Notes under the pieces: generated by a model
Seen by the model: only the letters and a program-made list of their open reading frames with translations
The model's database searches: none
Told to the model about the DNA's origin: nothing
Program-made: the position numbers and the translations under genes
Assembly (NCBI GenBank): GCA_010093745.1
Contig: MU005959.1
Location: forward strand, 424,270-488,269
Direction: 5' to 3'
Source: Piedraia hortae CBS 480.64
Taxonomy: Eukaryota
DNA length: 64,000 nucleotides
Shown here: one piece after another, positions 35,401 through 46,603 of the stretch
Position numbering within the stretch: position 1 is the first letter of the stretch
Layout of the letters: every line of letters starts with the position of its first letter

Positions 35401-38400
35401 TCAGCAATGGGCTCGTCTATGGAAGCAGAAACCTCGGGATTAGGCTCCTCCACCGGCATCGCAAATCCGCTCTTTCGATCCTTTTGCTTCGACTTCTGCG
35501 TTACGGACGACTCCTCATCACCTGCGTCTTGAGGTGGGATAGTAGTATCCAGACCCTTCTCCTGCGGCTGTTCAAGTACAGGCTCCTGCGCAGTGATTGC
35601 GGAATCATCTACCGGCTCAATAGTTGTGGGTTCAGCACTCTCCTCCACCAAAACCCTCTCTTCTTCAATCCCCTCCGGCAGCTCAGCTTGCCCCTGAACC
35701 GCCTCCTTGATCGGCATCTCCTCAGCAGACACAGGACCCTTCCCCTTCTTCCCTTTCCTCTTCTCCTTCGAAACGGCCAATTCATCTTCGCCAGCTTCAA
35801 CAGCAGCTTTCTCCGCAGGCTCGGCCTCAACAACAGCCACAGGCTCCGTAAGCCCCTTTTTCTTCTTACCCTTCTTCCCCATTACAGGCCAAGCCTCCTC
35901 TGCCTCCTGCGCGGGGGTCTCCACCGGCGTAGAATAGACACTCTCGTCCAGCTTACCCTTCTTCCCCTTCTTCTTATCCTTCTTCGAAAGCGGGAAAATC
36001 TCCACAGGAGCTTCCTCCGCAGCAGCCGGAGTCTCCGCAGGCGTAGAATAAACACTCCCCTTCTTCCCCTTCTTCTTCTTCTTCGGGTTAGCAGCCCATT
36101 CATCATCCCCTGCCTCGATCGGCGCAGCCGGTTGGGGCTCGACCCAGCTGTCATCGCCACCCTGCTTCTTCTTCTTATCACCCATCGTGCTAAAGTAATC
36201 TTCCGGGGTGTGGGAGTCTATCGACACCTCCTCGGGGGCATTAATGTCTGAAGCATGTCGGCCGCGTTCAAAAATTTCAGTGTTTTCAGGCACGTTGAAG
36301 TCATTGGCTGCAGCCGTTGCAGACGCCACTGGCGTTGCTATTCTGGGAGAGCCTGCAGTTGGGGTGGCAACTTCCGCAGAGTCAAATGAAACGGTCGCAA
36401 CGGCTGCGTTTTCAACGGTTGGGGAGCCAAGTTTGCGCGCGTTGTGTTCGTTCTTTTTGGGTTGAGTTGCTGGGAGGGGCTCTCCGACGAGGGTTCCACC
36501 TGTGAGGATTGGTTCGCTAGGCTCTTGAGTCGGAGTTTCGGCTGGGGTAGTGTGGATGCCGTCGTCGTTAGATTTGGGTAGAATGGCTGACTTTTTGCCC
36601 ATTTTGGTCTTTTTCGTGGGGATATTGGTGGATGCAGGGGAAGTGTCGTCTTTAGGAAGTGCTGTGTCGGGCTTAGACTCTTCAGTAGCAATCTGTTCAG
36701 AGCTATCTCGTGTGGGTTGAACGGAAACATCGTCGAGTTCGCGACTTGTGCTTTCCACAACAGGATCCTCGAGCGACCTATCAGTAGTAGCAGCAGTGGT
36801 AGGCACACCTTCCTCAAAAGGCTCCTTGTCAGTGGCAGCTTCAGGCAAGTCAACAGGTGTAGCGAGTCCACTATTCCTCCCCTTGCGTTTGTCCTTTTTC
36901 GACTTTCTTGCCGGTAGCGCCCACTCAGCTGGCTCGACCTCCATAGGTGCTTTTTCAGTAGATATTCCTCCAGTAGATAGCGGGACATCAACCCCCTCAA
37001 CCGTCACCGGAACGTCAGCAGGGTTCTCCACTGTCAGCGGAGCATCAGCAATACCAGCCCGCTCTTCTGTCGGTGTGGAAACGCCACTCTTCCTCGTCTT
37101 CTTCTTGTCCTTTTTCAACCTCTTAGCCAGCCAGGGAAGCTTATCCTTGCGAGTTAGAGTCTGTGAATCATCCGGCTGTGCAGGAGAAACATCGGTTAGA
37201 GGCAAGTCACGCACTTCGATCTCAGTAGCACCGCCCGTCTTGCCCTTTTGGTCCTCTGACATCTTCTCGAGATGAGTCCATTCCTCGAGTTCGAGTCCCC
37301 TTGGGCTTTCCGGCAGGGGAACCGTAGCCGCTAACTCCGGAGAGAGTAGATCATGGGAAGCCGCCACAGAAGCAGCAGCTGGTCCATCTTCACGAGCAGA
37401 GTGTAGGAAGTCCGCAGACTCGCTCGGGACTTCTGCTGGCGGACTGCGAAGACCAGCCGCTGTATCAGTCGCAGGGGCAGCCTCATATGCGGGAATTTTG
37501 GCAGTAGACTCGGAGATGCCTTCTTCTACAGTTGTAGCAGTACCGCCCGCCTTGCCCTTGCGCTTTCCCTTTGACTTCTTCCCAATTGCCACAGGCTCTT
37601 CTCGGACGAGTTCACGAGGTTCAGGGTCTGTGAGAGGCTCGACTGGGGCAGCCTTCTTGTCCTTACGCTTGTCTTTTTTCGATCGCTTCGCGGGGAGTGA
37701 CCAGTCTAGAGACGACGGCTCTTGTGTGGGTTCAGCGGTGGATCCTGGCTCATCTAGTTCCCTGGTGTAGGACTCACCAGGTAGAGGAGCATTGACTGCA
37801 GAGTCTAGGCCGCTGGGCGGTAGAGTAGATCCGATTTTGACTGATTCATCTAACTCTCTGGTGTTTGACTCTTCTGGAAGTGGAACATTGACTGCTGTGT
37901 CGAGGTCACGAGATTCTCCAGAGGTGGGTTGATCAAGGGGCAGATATGCGCTCTCATGCGGTGGAGGTGTCTGCGTTGCGAAGGCCAAGATATCATTCTC
38001 GGTAGGCAATGAGCCTGTTCCTACTGCCGTAGATGGGATGTCTTCAGACGCAGTTCCCTCGCGTTCAGCGGGCAAAGGAACCCGGGAAGCTTCCTCCAAT
38101 GCCCCACCAGAAGGATGACCAGTAGCAGAATGGTCAAGTGGCATAAATGCGCTCTCGTCGCTCTCATCAGGCAGAGGGGTCTGCATTGCGGACGCTAAAA
38201 TATCATGCTCGCCAGGTACCTGTCCAGTCACTGCTGACGTGGACGGAGTCTCCTCAACTACAATTTCATTGCGTTCAGCAGGCAGAGCAACCCGCGCTGC
38301 CTCCTCCAATGCCATGTTCGATAGCCTGTCCGCGGCCTCCTGAGTAAGCTGCAGATCCTTCCCGGACTTCTTCTTCTTCTTGCGCCTTTCCTTCTTCGAT

Positions 38401-41400
38401 AGTTTCTCGGGAACGTCCACTGTAGGCAGTGACTCTGGGATATCAACGTTGCTGGAGGGATCGGTCGAGCGTAGGATTTGTCTTGCCTCCGACTTGTCAT
38501 AGAGGTCGGTAGGGAGAGTAGATGGTGCATACTCGCGAGGTATACCAGACTCGGCCTCGGCGGGCAAGGGTACGTGTGCAGCAGTGTCCAAGACCTCGTC
38601 CTCTGGCAATGGCTTGCGAAGGGGTTCGTTGTCCACTCTCCTTCCATCCTCTTCGGGCAGTGGAACATGAGCAGCGGTATCTGATAGATGGGCCTCCGCC
38701 TCAGGCTCGGACGCCAGGGTCACGTACTCGGGTGCTGATAGCGCAACCTCCCGAGTATCTTCTGCCTCGGACTCAAGAGGCAGGGGAGTGTGCATCGCGA
38801 CATTCAAAGCCTCCCCTTCGGGGTACCCAGACGCAGCTTCACTGCCAAGATTCTCGGACTCGGCAGGCAAGGGAACACGCACAGCAGTATCCAAAACCTC
38901 ATTTCCTAGTGGCTTGCTAGGGAACTCATCAACCACGCTCTTCCCGTCCTCTTCCGGCAGCGGAGTATGAGCTGCATTATCTAGCAGACAAGCATCTGCC
39001 TCAGACTCAACAGACGGGGTCGCATGCTGTAGCGCTGACAACTCGCGAGTAGCTTCACTCTTAGACTCGACAGGCAGAGGAGTGAGAGCGGCAGCATACA
39101 AAGCCTCCCTATCAGAATACCCGGACGCAGTTTCTTGGCCAAGCGACTCAGACTCCTCAGGCAGAGGGAGATGCGCAGCAGTATGCAAGATTTCATGCTG
39201 AGCAACGGGCTCGGGGGCAGCATACACATCGCGATCAGCCTCACCTAGGCCTTCCGCCTCAGACTCGTCGGGCAGAGGGACATTAACCGCAGCATCGCGA
39301 GCAGCTTCCTCTGAGTCGGCTGCGGCATTCAAGCCAACATATTTCGGCGCAGTCTCGCGAAGAATTCCCGTCTCAGACTCGCCAGACAAAGGAACGTGAA
39401 CCGCAGTCTTCAAGACGTCACCCTTATCCGTGGACAAAGGCTTATCCGAGAGTGTCTCCTCGACCTCAGGCTCAGCAGGCAGCGGCGTCTGCGCAGCGTC
39501 ATGCAAGACGTCCTCATCCGGCACTGTTCTCGCCTCTTCATGGAGTAAAGCAGCACCGTCGCCATCAGGCTCCGCCCAGAGTTTATCCTGCGGAGCAAAG
39601 TCAACCTCATCCGCAAACGAGACTCTTTTCCGCTGCTTGTCCTTTTTCGAGGATCGTCTGAGTATGGAATGTTCAGTAGGCAGAGCTGCTTCGTTACGAA
39701 CAAGCCCAGTGGGTGTAAGCTTGGCAGGTTCGGTCAGAGGGACTTCTTGCTGCACCGTATCTCGGAGTGACTCAGGCTCATCCGTAGGCAAGGGAAGTTG
39801 AGCCGCGGCTTGCAGAACATCTTGATCCAAGGCTGTAGCTGGGGAAACCACACGCTCAGTGGGAAGATCATCATCAGCAGGGAGCGGAGTCTCAGCGGCG
39901 AGGGTCTCATAGGAGGGCTCATCGATATTTTTCACAGATGAAGGCGTTGGTGTCTCACTGGTGGAAACATTAGAGGGGAGATCAGACTTGGCAGGAGCCT
40001 CCCACTTTTCAGGCACAGGATTGACTTCTTCGACTGTTTGCTGTTCATTAATCAGAGACTGCCGCTCAGGCTCAGAGACATTGAGCTCATCTTTGACCGG
40101 TCGACGGAGCGCTCTTAGGGCGTAATTCGCAATTCCACCAAATGCAGCCGCGCCGAAGCCTCTAACGAGGGATTGCTTCTTTGGCGAAGTCTGTAAAGGC
40201 ACGGTAACTGGAGCTCGTCCCATGCTGTTGTCGGTGGTGGGAGTTTCGGGAGGTTCCTCTTGGTGCGTCACATCAATTGCGGAAGGAGGGTCATTCACAG
40301 GTTCATCTAGAGAGATCTGTTTGGATGGTGTGTCTTCGATCTTGACCACTTGTGGCAGATTATCCTGGCTGATTGATTTGGCTGGCACTTCAGGTAGAGT
40401 GTCCCTTGTCATTTCTGTGAGTGGAGTCACGATTGGCGTTACTTCAGCCTCTGCCAGCCCGTCCTTCGCCGACGTCTCTTCAAAAACAATCGGCGTTTCC
40501 CCAGTCCCTACCGGCATTTCGTGGGATGTAGTAGCCACACCATCATCCACCGACGTCTCCTCCGCAATCGGCATATCCACCATTTCACCAACTTCCGGCG
40601 TCTCTTCTGTGACAATCGACGTTGCACCCTCCAAAACTTCGCGCGGACTTTCAGCCTTTAGAGTAGACGCCTCATCAATTACAGCCGGCGTCTCGTCGGT
40701 CACAATGGGTATTTCAACGTCCAAACGGTCGCCCAAATCTACCGAATGATCATCAACCAAAATCGGTGTCTCAACCTTCAGAGCATTGTCAGGACTTTCA
40801 GCCCTCAGAGTGGACGTTTGATCGATCATGACAGGTGATTTAGCAATCATAATCGGAATGGATGCCTCTTCGAGAAGAACTGGTGTTTCCTCAACCGCAA
40901 TCGGCGTCTCAGCCCTGAGAGGCTCGCCCACACTGTCTGCTGCCCAAGTAGCCGCCTCATTACTCACAACTGGGGTCTCATCAAGTACAATCGGTGTCTC
41001 AGACCTAACTGGAAGTTCAGCCTCCAAAGTTGACGTCTCCGGCGTCTCATCCACCACAGTTAGCGTCCCAAGCTTCAGACCTTCGATCGGACTTTCAGCT
41101 TTGGAAGTAGACGCTTCTTCAACAACCGGCGTCTCATCAACCACGTCACCTTCCATACTTTCGCCCGAACGAACAGGGCTTTCAGTCTTCAATTCTTCAC
41201 GAGTGGCCGTCGTCTCAATTTGAGGCTCCTCAGGCACAACCGGCGTCTCCACCCCTTTCCTGGCCTCTAGCATCTCATCAGAAACACCGGGCGTTTCACC
41301 CTCCAAAGATCCACCTGACCTTTCAACCTTCAAAGTAGACATCTCCTCAATGGGCGTTTCCACTGCACTTACCTCCAGGATCTCCTCCACAATCGGCGTT

Positions 41401-44400
41401 TTCATCTCCATGGCCTCACGCGGCCTCTTAACTTCCACAGCAGGAACCTCATCAACTGACATCCCACCCTCAATGGGACTCCCCACCTTCAAACTCGACA
41501 TATCATGATCTAAACTCTCCGTCTCCCTCACTTTTACATCAGCGGGGATTTTCTCCTCCCTTCCAACATCCCCAGCCTGCTCATAAGCAGGTAGCCCAAT
41601 AGCAGACGCTCTCCTCTCCCGATCAATATCCCTATAATAATCCTCCCATGTCCAGTACTCCGGTTCGGATGTTGGGCGGGGGCGGTGAGTTCTCCGTCCA
41701 TGCTTTGGACCGAGTCGGGAGTCGTCACGGGGGGGATCCTGTGCAGTAGGGGGATCGTTTTCGGGCGGAGGATCCGTATTAGACGAGGTGGGCAAGGGGG
41801 TATCTTCACCCCCCAAGTCATTCTGCGGAGCATCGATCGTTGAGGCGTCGAGCCGCGGAACATCAAGCGCAGTATCCAGCGGTGCATCCAGCCCATCATT
41901 CAGGGGTGCACCCCCCCTCGGCGAAGCAAGTTCCTCCCTCTCAAAAAAGGTACTCGCCCTCGGCGTTCGATCCTCACTCTCCCCCCTCCCATGCCTCACC
42001 GAGGTATCGATCGCGGTTAGCGTAGCCGCTTGTCCGAAGGCAGCCCTCCGCCTTTCAATCGCCTCTTTGATTTTAGCAAAAGCATCATCTGATGCGGTTG
42101 GCGAGGGGGAGGATGCAGCGGAGTGCCATTCTTCGGATTCGCTCTCCATGTATCCCTCGATGGTGGGCTCGCTAAAATCCTTGCTCGTGGGTTTAGCATC
42201 CCTGACGTTCTCGCTCACAGGCTCGCTAACGCCTCCACTGATTCTTTTGCCGGAGTGGCTGGACCTCGTCGAATCAACGTCCTTGACACCCCCAACGACA
42301 TCTTCGGGTTCGTTGACATCGTGATGGATAGAAACATCCTCACTCACGCTCCGACTACTCGGCAAACTCGGCAGCCCTTCCCCTTCTGCTTCCCCGCCCC
42401 CAAGCGTCCTCTCCACTAAATAAAGCGGCTTCAGCTCCCGTGAGAGAGAATGCGCCCGTCTCACCTTGGGAGGGAGGCCGGGAGATGGGGTTGGGATTCC
42501 TGCGGAGGAGCGGGTGGGTGAGCTTGGACCGAAGGGAAAGCGGAGGGGGATGGCTGTGCTTGAGATGTTTCTGGTTTGTCGGGGGAGGGCGGTTGGGGAG
42601 TAGGGATCAAGGGGCAGGGCGGTTGGGGAGGAGGGTTGAGATATTGGGAGAGGTGGGAGGGTTGACAGATTGGGGGAGGGAGGGAGGGCGGTTGGGGATT
42701 CTGGACGGGAGTCGGGGAGGGACGGGAGAGTTGATAGAATTGGTGTTGGTGGGGGCTTGGGTGGTGAACCTGGGCGAGAGGATGGGAGGATTGGGAGGGT
42801 ATCCAGATTGGGTGTGGATGGGAGTTTGGTTGATGATTCGGGGAAGGGTGACAGAGTTGGTGGAGAGGATGGGAGGGTTTCCGGAGGTGGTAACATTGGT
42901 TGAGTTGGAGATTCCAGAGTGGTGGGCGGGAGTTTTTTGACCAAGTGAGTTGACAATCCCTGGCTGTTTTCTACCTCCAGATCTTCTGGGAGAACAATGG
43001 GCGGGTCATCGTCCAGAATCGATGGTGATGTAGGCAATTCCGGCAGCACAGCCGGCGGATCCTCCTCTCGGACGGAGTGCAACCCAGGCGAAGTAGCGGC
43101 TGGCGATGCCTGGATGGTAGGACTAACAGCACGCCGTATATCATCCGCCTCGTCCCCAAACTCGTCCCCCAGACGAGGCGACACCCCACCCACCCTAACC
43201 GTCATCGGCGACTCCAAGCCAAGGGGGCTCACAGGTAGAGGTGGCAAGTCATCTACCCAGCCTTGGCCTAAAGGGTGGCTCTCATATCTCTCCATCAAAT
43301 CCGCAATCACCGGACTCGGTCTCCTCTCCGGCGTATTCCGCACCCTCTCCTTGCCTCTCTTAACCTCAGTCTTAACCGGCGTGACAGTCGAAATCCCCTC
43401 GGACGCATCCCTCCACTCCGTCTTCAACGGCGAGCTGTTAACAGGTTCACTATCCCTCTTCTTCATCTCCGGCCTCTCTACACGGGCATATCTCACAGGC
43501 TGCGAAGCATGCCTACCCGGAACATCCTTCCAACTCCCGGGCATAGCCGCTTTCTCCTTCTGCTGATCCCACTGCCACTCCCCAAACGCAAGTCCCGAGT
43601 CCGAATCCGACTCATCAACCCAATCATCGTCCTCTCTCGTCATCCTCACCCTCGGATCCTTCAAATCAACAACCTTCCTCCTCGGCCGTCGTGCAGATTT
43701 CAACGCAGCAGCAGTAGCGTTAATTCCCGCGACCGTCTCAGCAATCTTCTCACCCGAGGACTTCCTCACTCTGATGGCAGATTTCTTCTTTCGAAGAGGT
43801 CGGATGGGTTCGCCGTAGGCCATGTCGGAGCCTGAGGAGGAGGAGTTGTTGAAGGTGAAGAAACCTCGGGATTTTTTGCGTTGGGTGGGTGATTTGCGGA
43901 GGCCAAGGATGGAGGTTAAGCCTGGGCTGCGGGTGGAGGAGGAGGAGGAGGAGGAGCTGTTTCGACGGGTTGTAAGTCTCGGAGAGGACTTTCGACCTGG
44001 GGAGGGTTTACGTCTCGGGGGACTCCCATGCCCAGACGACCAGCTCCCCCTCCTCACCACATTGTAAGTTGCTCTCCTCCTATCAATTTTCTCCTCTCGT
44101 GAAGAACTCCTATACCTTCCCCTCTTATCCACCCTCAAACTCTCAGAACTACTCCTCCTCAAACTCTCCCTCGACCTCCTCTTGACGTATCGATGCTCCC
44201 TCGGCCCGGAGAGAGGCGAACTATGCGGATCGAAGCAGTTCTTGCACACTCCGATATACTCTGTATACTCCTCCATTTTGCGCACCTCGTCGGGGTCGGA
44301 GATGAGGTTTAGGAGTCCGGTCTTCCATTTAGAGAGGGAGCTGGGCTTTTGGCGGTAGGGGACCGAGGAGTGGCGACCCGAGGAGGGATAATGGGCTGCG

Positions 44401-45032
44401 CTCCCGTGATGGCGGTGGCCGGGGCGATAGGGGAGGTAGGCTGGTTGGGGATGCGGTTCGGAGTGGTAGCCTGTTGCGTACGCCGGGAGAGAGAATTGGC
44501 GGTCGGGAGGGGGGTGGTATTGCTGTTGGTGGGGGGTGATTGGTGTTGGTTGCTCCGGCGGGAACGCGCCAGGCGGGACGTATTGTCTTGGGGATGGATT
44601 CGGATGGCGGTTATCGTGTGGATGCATAGGATATGGTAAAGGAGTTCGAGGTCTCGTTCCCGGGGGGCTAGATCCGCTCCTTGCGTGGTCGTTCGATTGG
44701 CGAGGCCGGTAGGGTGGCAAGGAAGGACTCCTCCGTCTCGGCGGATCGACTACTGAGCTCGCATCGTGGTAGGTTGACTCGGGCTGGTCGTCGGACAGGT
44801 AGGAGGCCTCGGTCCTTTGCGATACCGGTTGATGGCCAGACGACTGCCATCCATGTCGCTCCCGTTCAACTGTCCGCCTGGATGAGGCCGTCCCGGGACG
44901 CGCGGATTCGGGACTGGAGACGTCTTCCCATGCGCCTTCATCCTGCTTGCGACTCTTGGTCGAGCGCTCCTTCTTGCGCCTGCGGTCCGGCGCGTCGCGG
45001 CCGTCGCGTCGCGAAAGTGTCGGCTTCCACAT
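26464..45032 (-). CDS. lah: Leashin/Lah Woronin-body tether (involucrin-repeat-like giant protein), ~6,170 aa, 2 exons
   Basis: A 17-kb exon from ATG 45032 (N-terminal EEYTEYIGVCKNCFDP block, poly-Lys-punctuated acidic repeats) is joined by intron 28001-27955 (GTAAGT...CTGAC...CAG). It runs in frame into the coiled-coil C-terminal exon (MADVY|QGYG...RKRQSM...DYFDVACQKLCQHVQQWVLRFSK). Confidence 0.85.
28990..37700 (-). repeat. Coding repeat array in lah: QEAG(E/D)DEW-x3-GKKSKK(D/G)KKK-x-SG-x2-TP units
   Basis: More than 20 recognisable units in the translation, spaced about 60-110 aa apart. Confidence 0.9.
37310..39910 (-). repeat. Coding repeat array in lah: L-x2-AA-x2-PLP-x-E units
   Basis: About 19 units, e.g. 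LDTAAHVPLPAE, LDNAAHTPLPEE, LQAAAQLPLPTDE. Confidence 0.88.
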
Positions 45033-45336
45033 TCCGTCCTTGCGCGTGCGGTTCGATTGCTTTGTCGCCAGTCTGTGCGCTTCCCACTTCACTCGCTTTG
45101 ATGGCGCATGGCCGGATGGTTGCGACCGACGTGTTGATGCCTGACGTTGTCCGGGGTGTGATCGTCCGGATGACGCGCCACGCTAGATGGTGGCTGGGGT
45201 ACGATCCCTGCATCCAATTGCAGGGGTTGGTTAGCAGGGGTGGGGAGGAGATGAAATGGAAGGTGATAGCAGATGAAACTTGTACCGGCTACGACTACAC
45301 TGTTGTACACAACGCCCAACGCCCGTTATACCTTCA

Positions 45337-46293
45337 TTAGATCGGAGGAGCTCCGTACATTTGTCTTAGAGTCATCAACTGACCCCGTGTACCTTCGTCT
45401 AGAGCGTATATTTGCTCCTTTGTCATTGATAGAATCTGCTGTACGACTGCCAACTGCTTAGGATCGGTAGGCAGCGGCTGAGTTTGGGGCATTTGCGGCG
45501 GTACCTGCGGAGGAGCCGCGTAGGCCGGATGCTGCACCGGTGGCGTGGGCGCATAGTGGTGCATCGTCGGAGGAGGGAAACCAGGGTGAGGCGGGTAAAG
45601 AGGCCGACTTTGGCCGTATCCGGGTGGCATAATGGGGGCAGGCTGCGGAGGGGGCGCTTGCTGCGTCTGTTGGATGAGAGAAGAAAGGACCGAAGTGTCG
45701 ACTAGGCCGAGAAGGAGCAATGCCTGGAACGTCGCATATCCAAGCTGTGGCATATTACTAAAAAGCATCGTTGCTTGCTGAGGATTGGAATGGGCGAGGT
45801 TCTTGAGCTGGCTGATGGTGTCTAGCAGCTGCTGGACGGGCATATTGGCCAGAGTCTGGCTGATTGCGTCTGGCGCCGAAATGTTGGGCGGCAGCGGAAC
45901 TCCGGCAGGAAGGGGAGGTAGAGAGGCGCCGTCGGTGGCTGAATTAGACACCATGTCGACGTTGAAATGGGCTGGAGGGGCTGCACGACCGCTGGAAGTG
46001 TCGTTATCGCGCGCATTAGACCGCCCGCCGCCATTGTCGTTGCTATAATCAACGCGCAGAGACCGGCCGTTCAGCTCGGTCCCGTTGAGGTTGCGTACAG
46101 CCGTGGCGGCAGAGTCGACGTCTGCATATTCCAGGAACCCGAAGCCCTTAGGCTTGCCCGTTTCTTTGTCATAGACGAGGCGGAAACTAAGAACCTGCCC
46201 GGCCGACGAGAACAGCTCACAGATTTGCTCTTCGCTGACCCCGTACGGGATGTTGCCGATGAAGACTACGCGGCCGCCTTTTTCGCGGTTCAT
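45337..46293 (-). CDS. RNA15: Cleavage stimulation factor CstF-64 / Rna15
   Basis: RRM (VFIGNIPY, KGFGFLEY), hinge domain (DAISQTLANMP...PQLGYATFQALLLLGLVD) and C-terminal QQILSMTKEQIYAL helix. Confidence 0.93.
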   Translation of the reverse strand: MNREKGGRVVFIGNIPYGVSEEQICELFSSAGQVLSFRLVYDKETGKPKGFGFLEYADVDSAATAVRNLNGTELNGRSLRVDYSNDNGGGRSNARDNDTSSGRAAPPAHFNVDMVSNSATDGASLPPLPAGVPLPPNISAPDAISQTLANMPVQQLLDTISQLKNLAHSNPQQATMLFSNMPQLGYATFQALLLLGLVDTSVLSSLIQQTQQAPPPQPAPIMPPGYGQSRPLYPPHPGFPPPTMHHYAPTPPVQHPAYAAPPQVPPQMPQTQPLPTDPKQLAVVQQILSMTKEQIYALDEGTRGQLMTLRQMYGAPPI

Positions 46294-46320
46294 TTCTATG
46301 GAATCGGTTGATTTGCAAAG

Positions 46321-46460
46321 TGTGATGTGTGTGTGTGTGTGTGTGTGATGGATGTGTGATGTTGTGTGTGACTGTGACTGTGACGGTGATGTGATGTGAT
46401 GTGACGGTGACGGTGACGGTGATGGTGACGTGATGTGATGTGATGTGATGTTATGTGACT
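46321..46460. repeat. Compound microsatellite (GT)n/(GTGAT)n/(GTGACT)n/(GTGACG)n
   Basis: Directly visible between the RNA15 and CFT2 start codons. Confidence 0.95.
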
Positions 46461-46603
46461 CCAGGTGGTTCGTGCACACAAACTTCACTTGACAATTCCA
46501 AGTCAACAGTCGCGGACAGTCAGAGGTGGATTCTGCCTAAAGCTCATTCAATGCTGTAGAACAGTAGCCACAACACAAATACCAACCGCACAACAGCCCA
46601 GTA

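Noticed and set aside
28990..39910. CRISPR-like repeat-spacer array
   Set aside because: The repeats are degenerate, codon-phased protein repeats in a eukaryotic CDS.
46296..46506. His/Thr-rich N-terminal extension of Rna15, and the poly-His ORF at 49332-49547
   Set aside because: These are translations of microsatellites upstream of the real ATG or in an intergenic gap.
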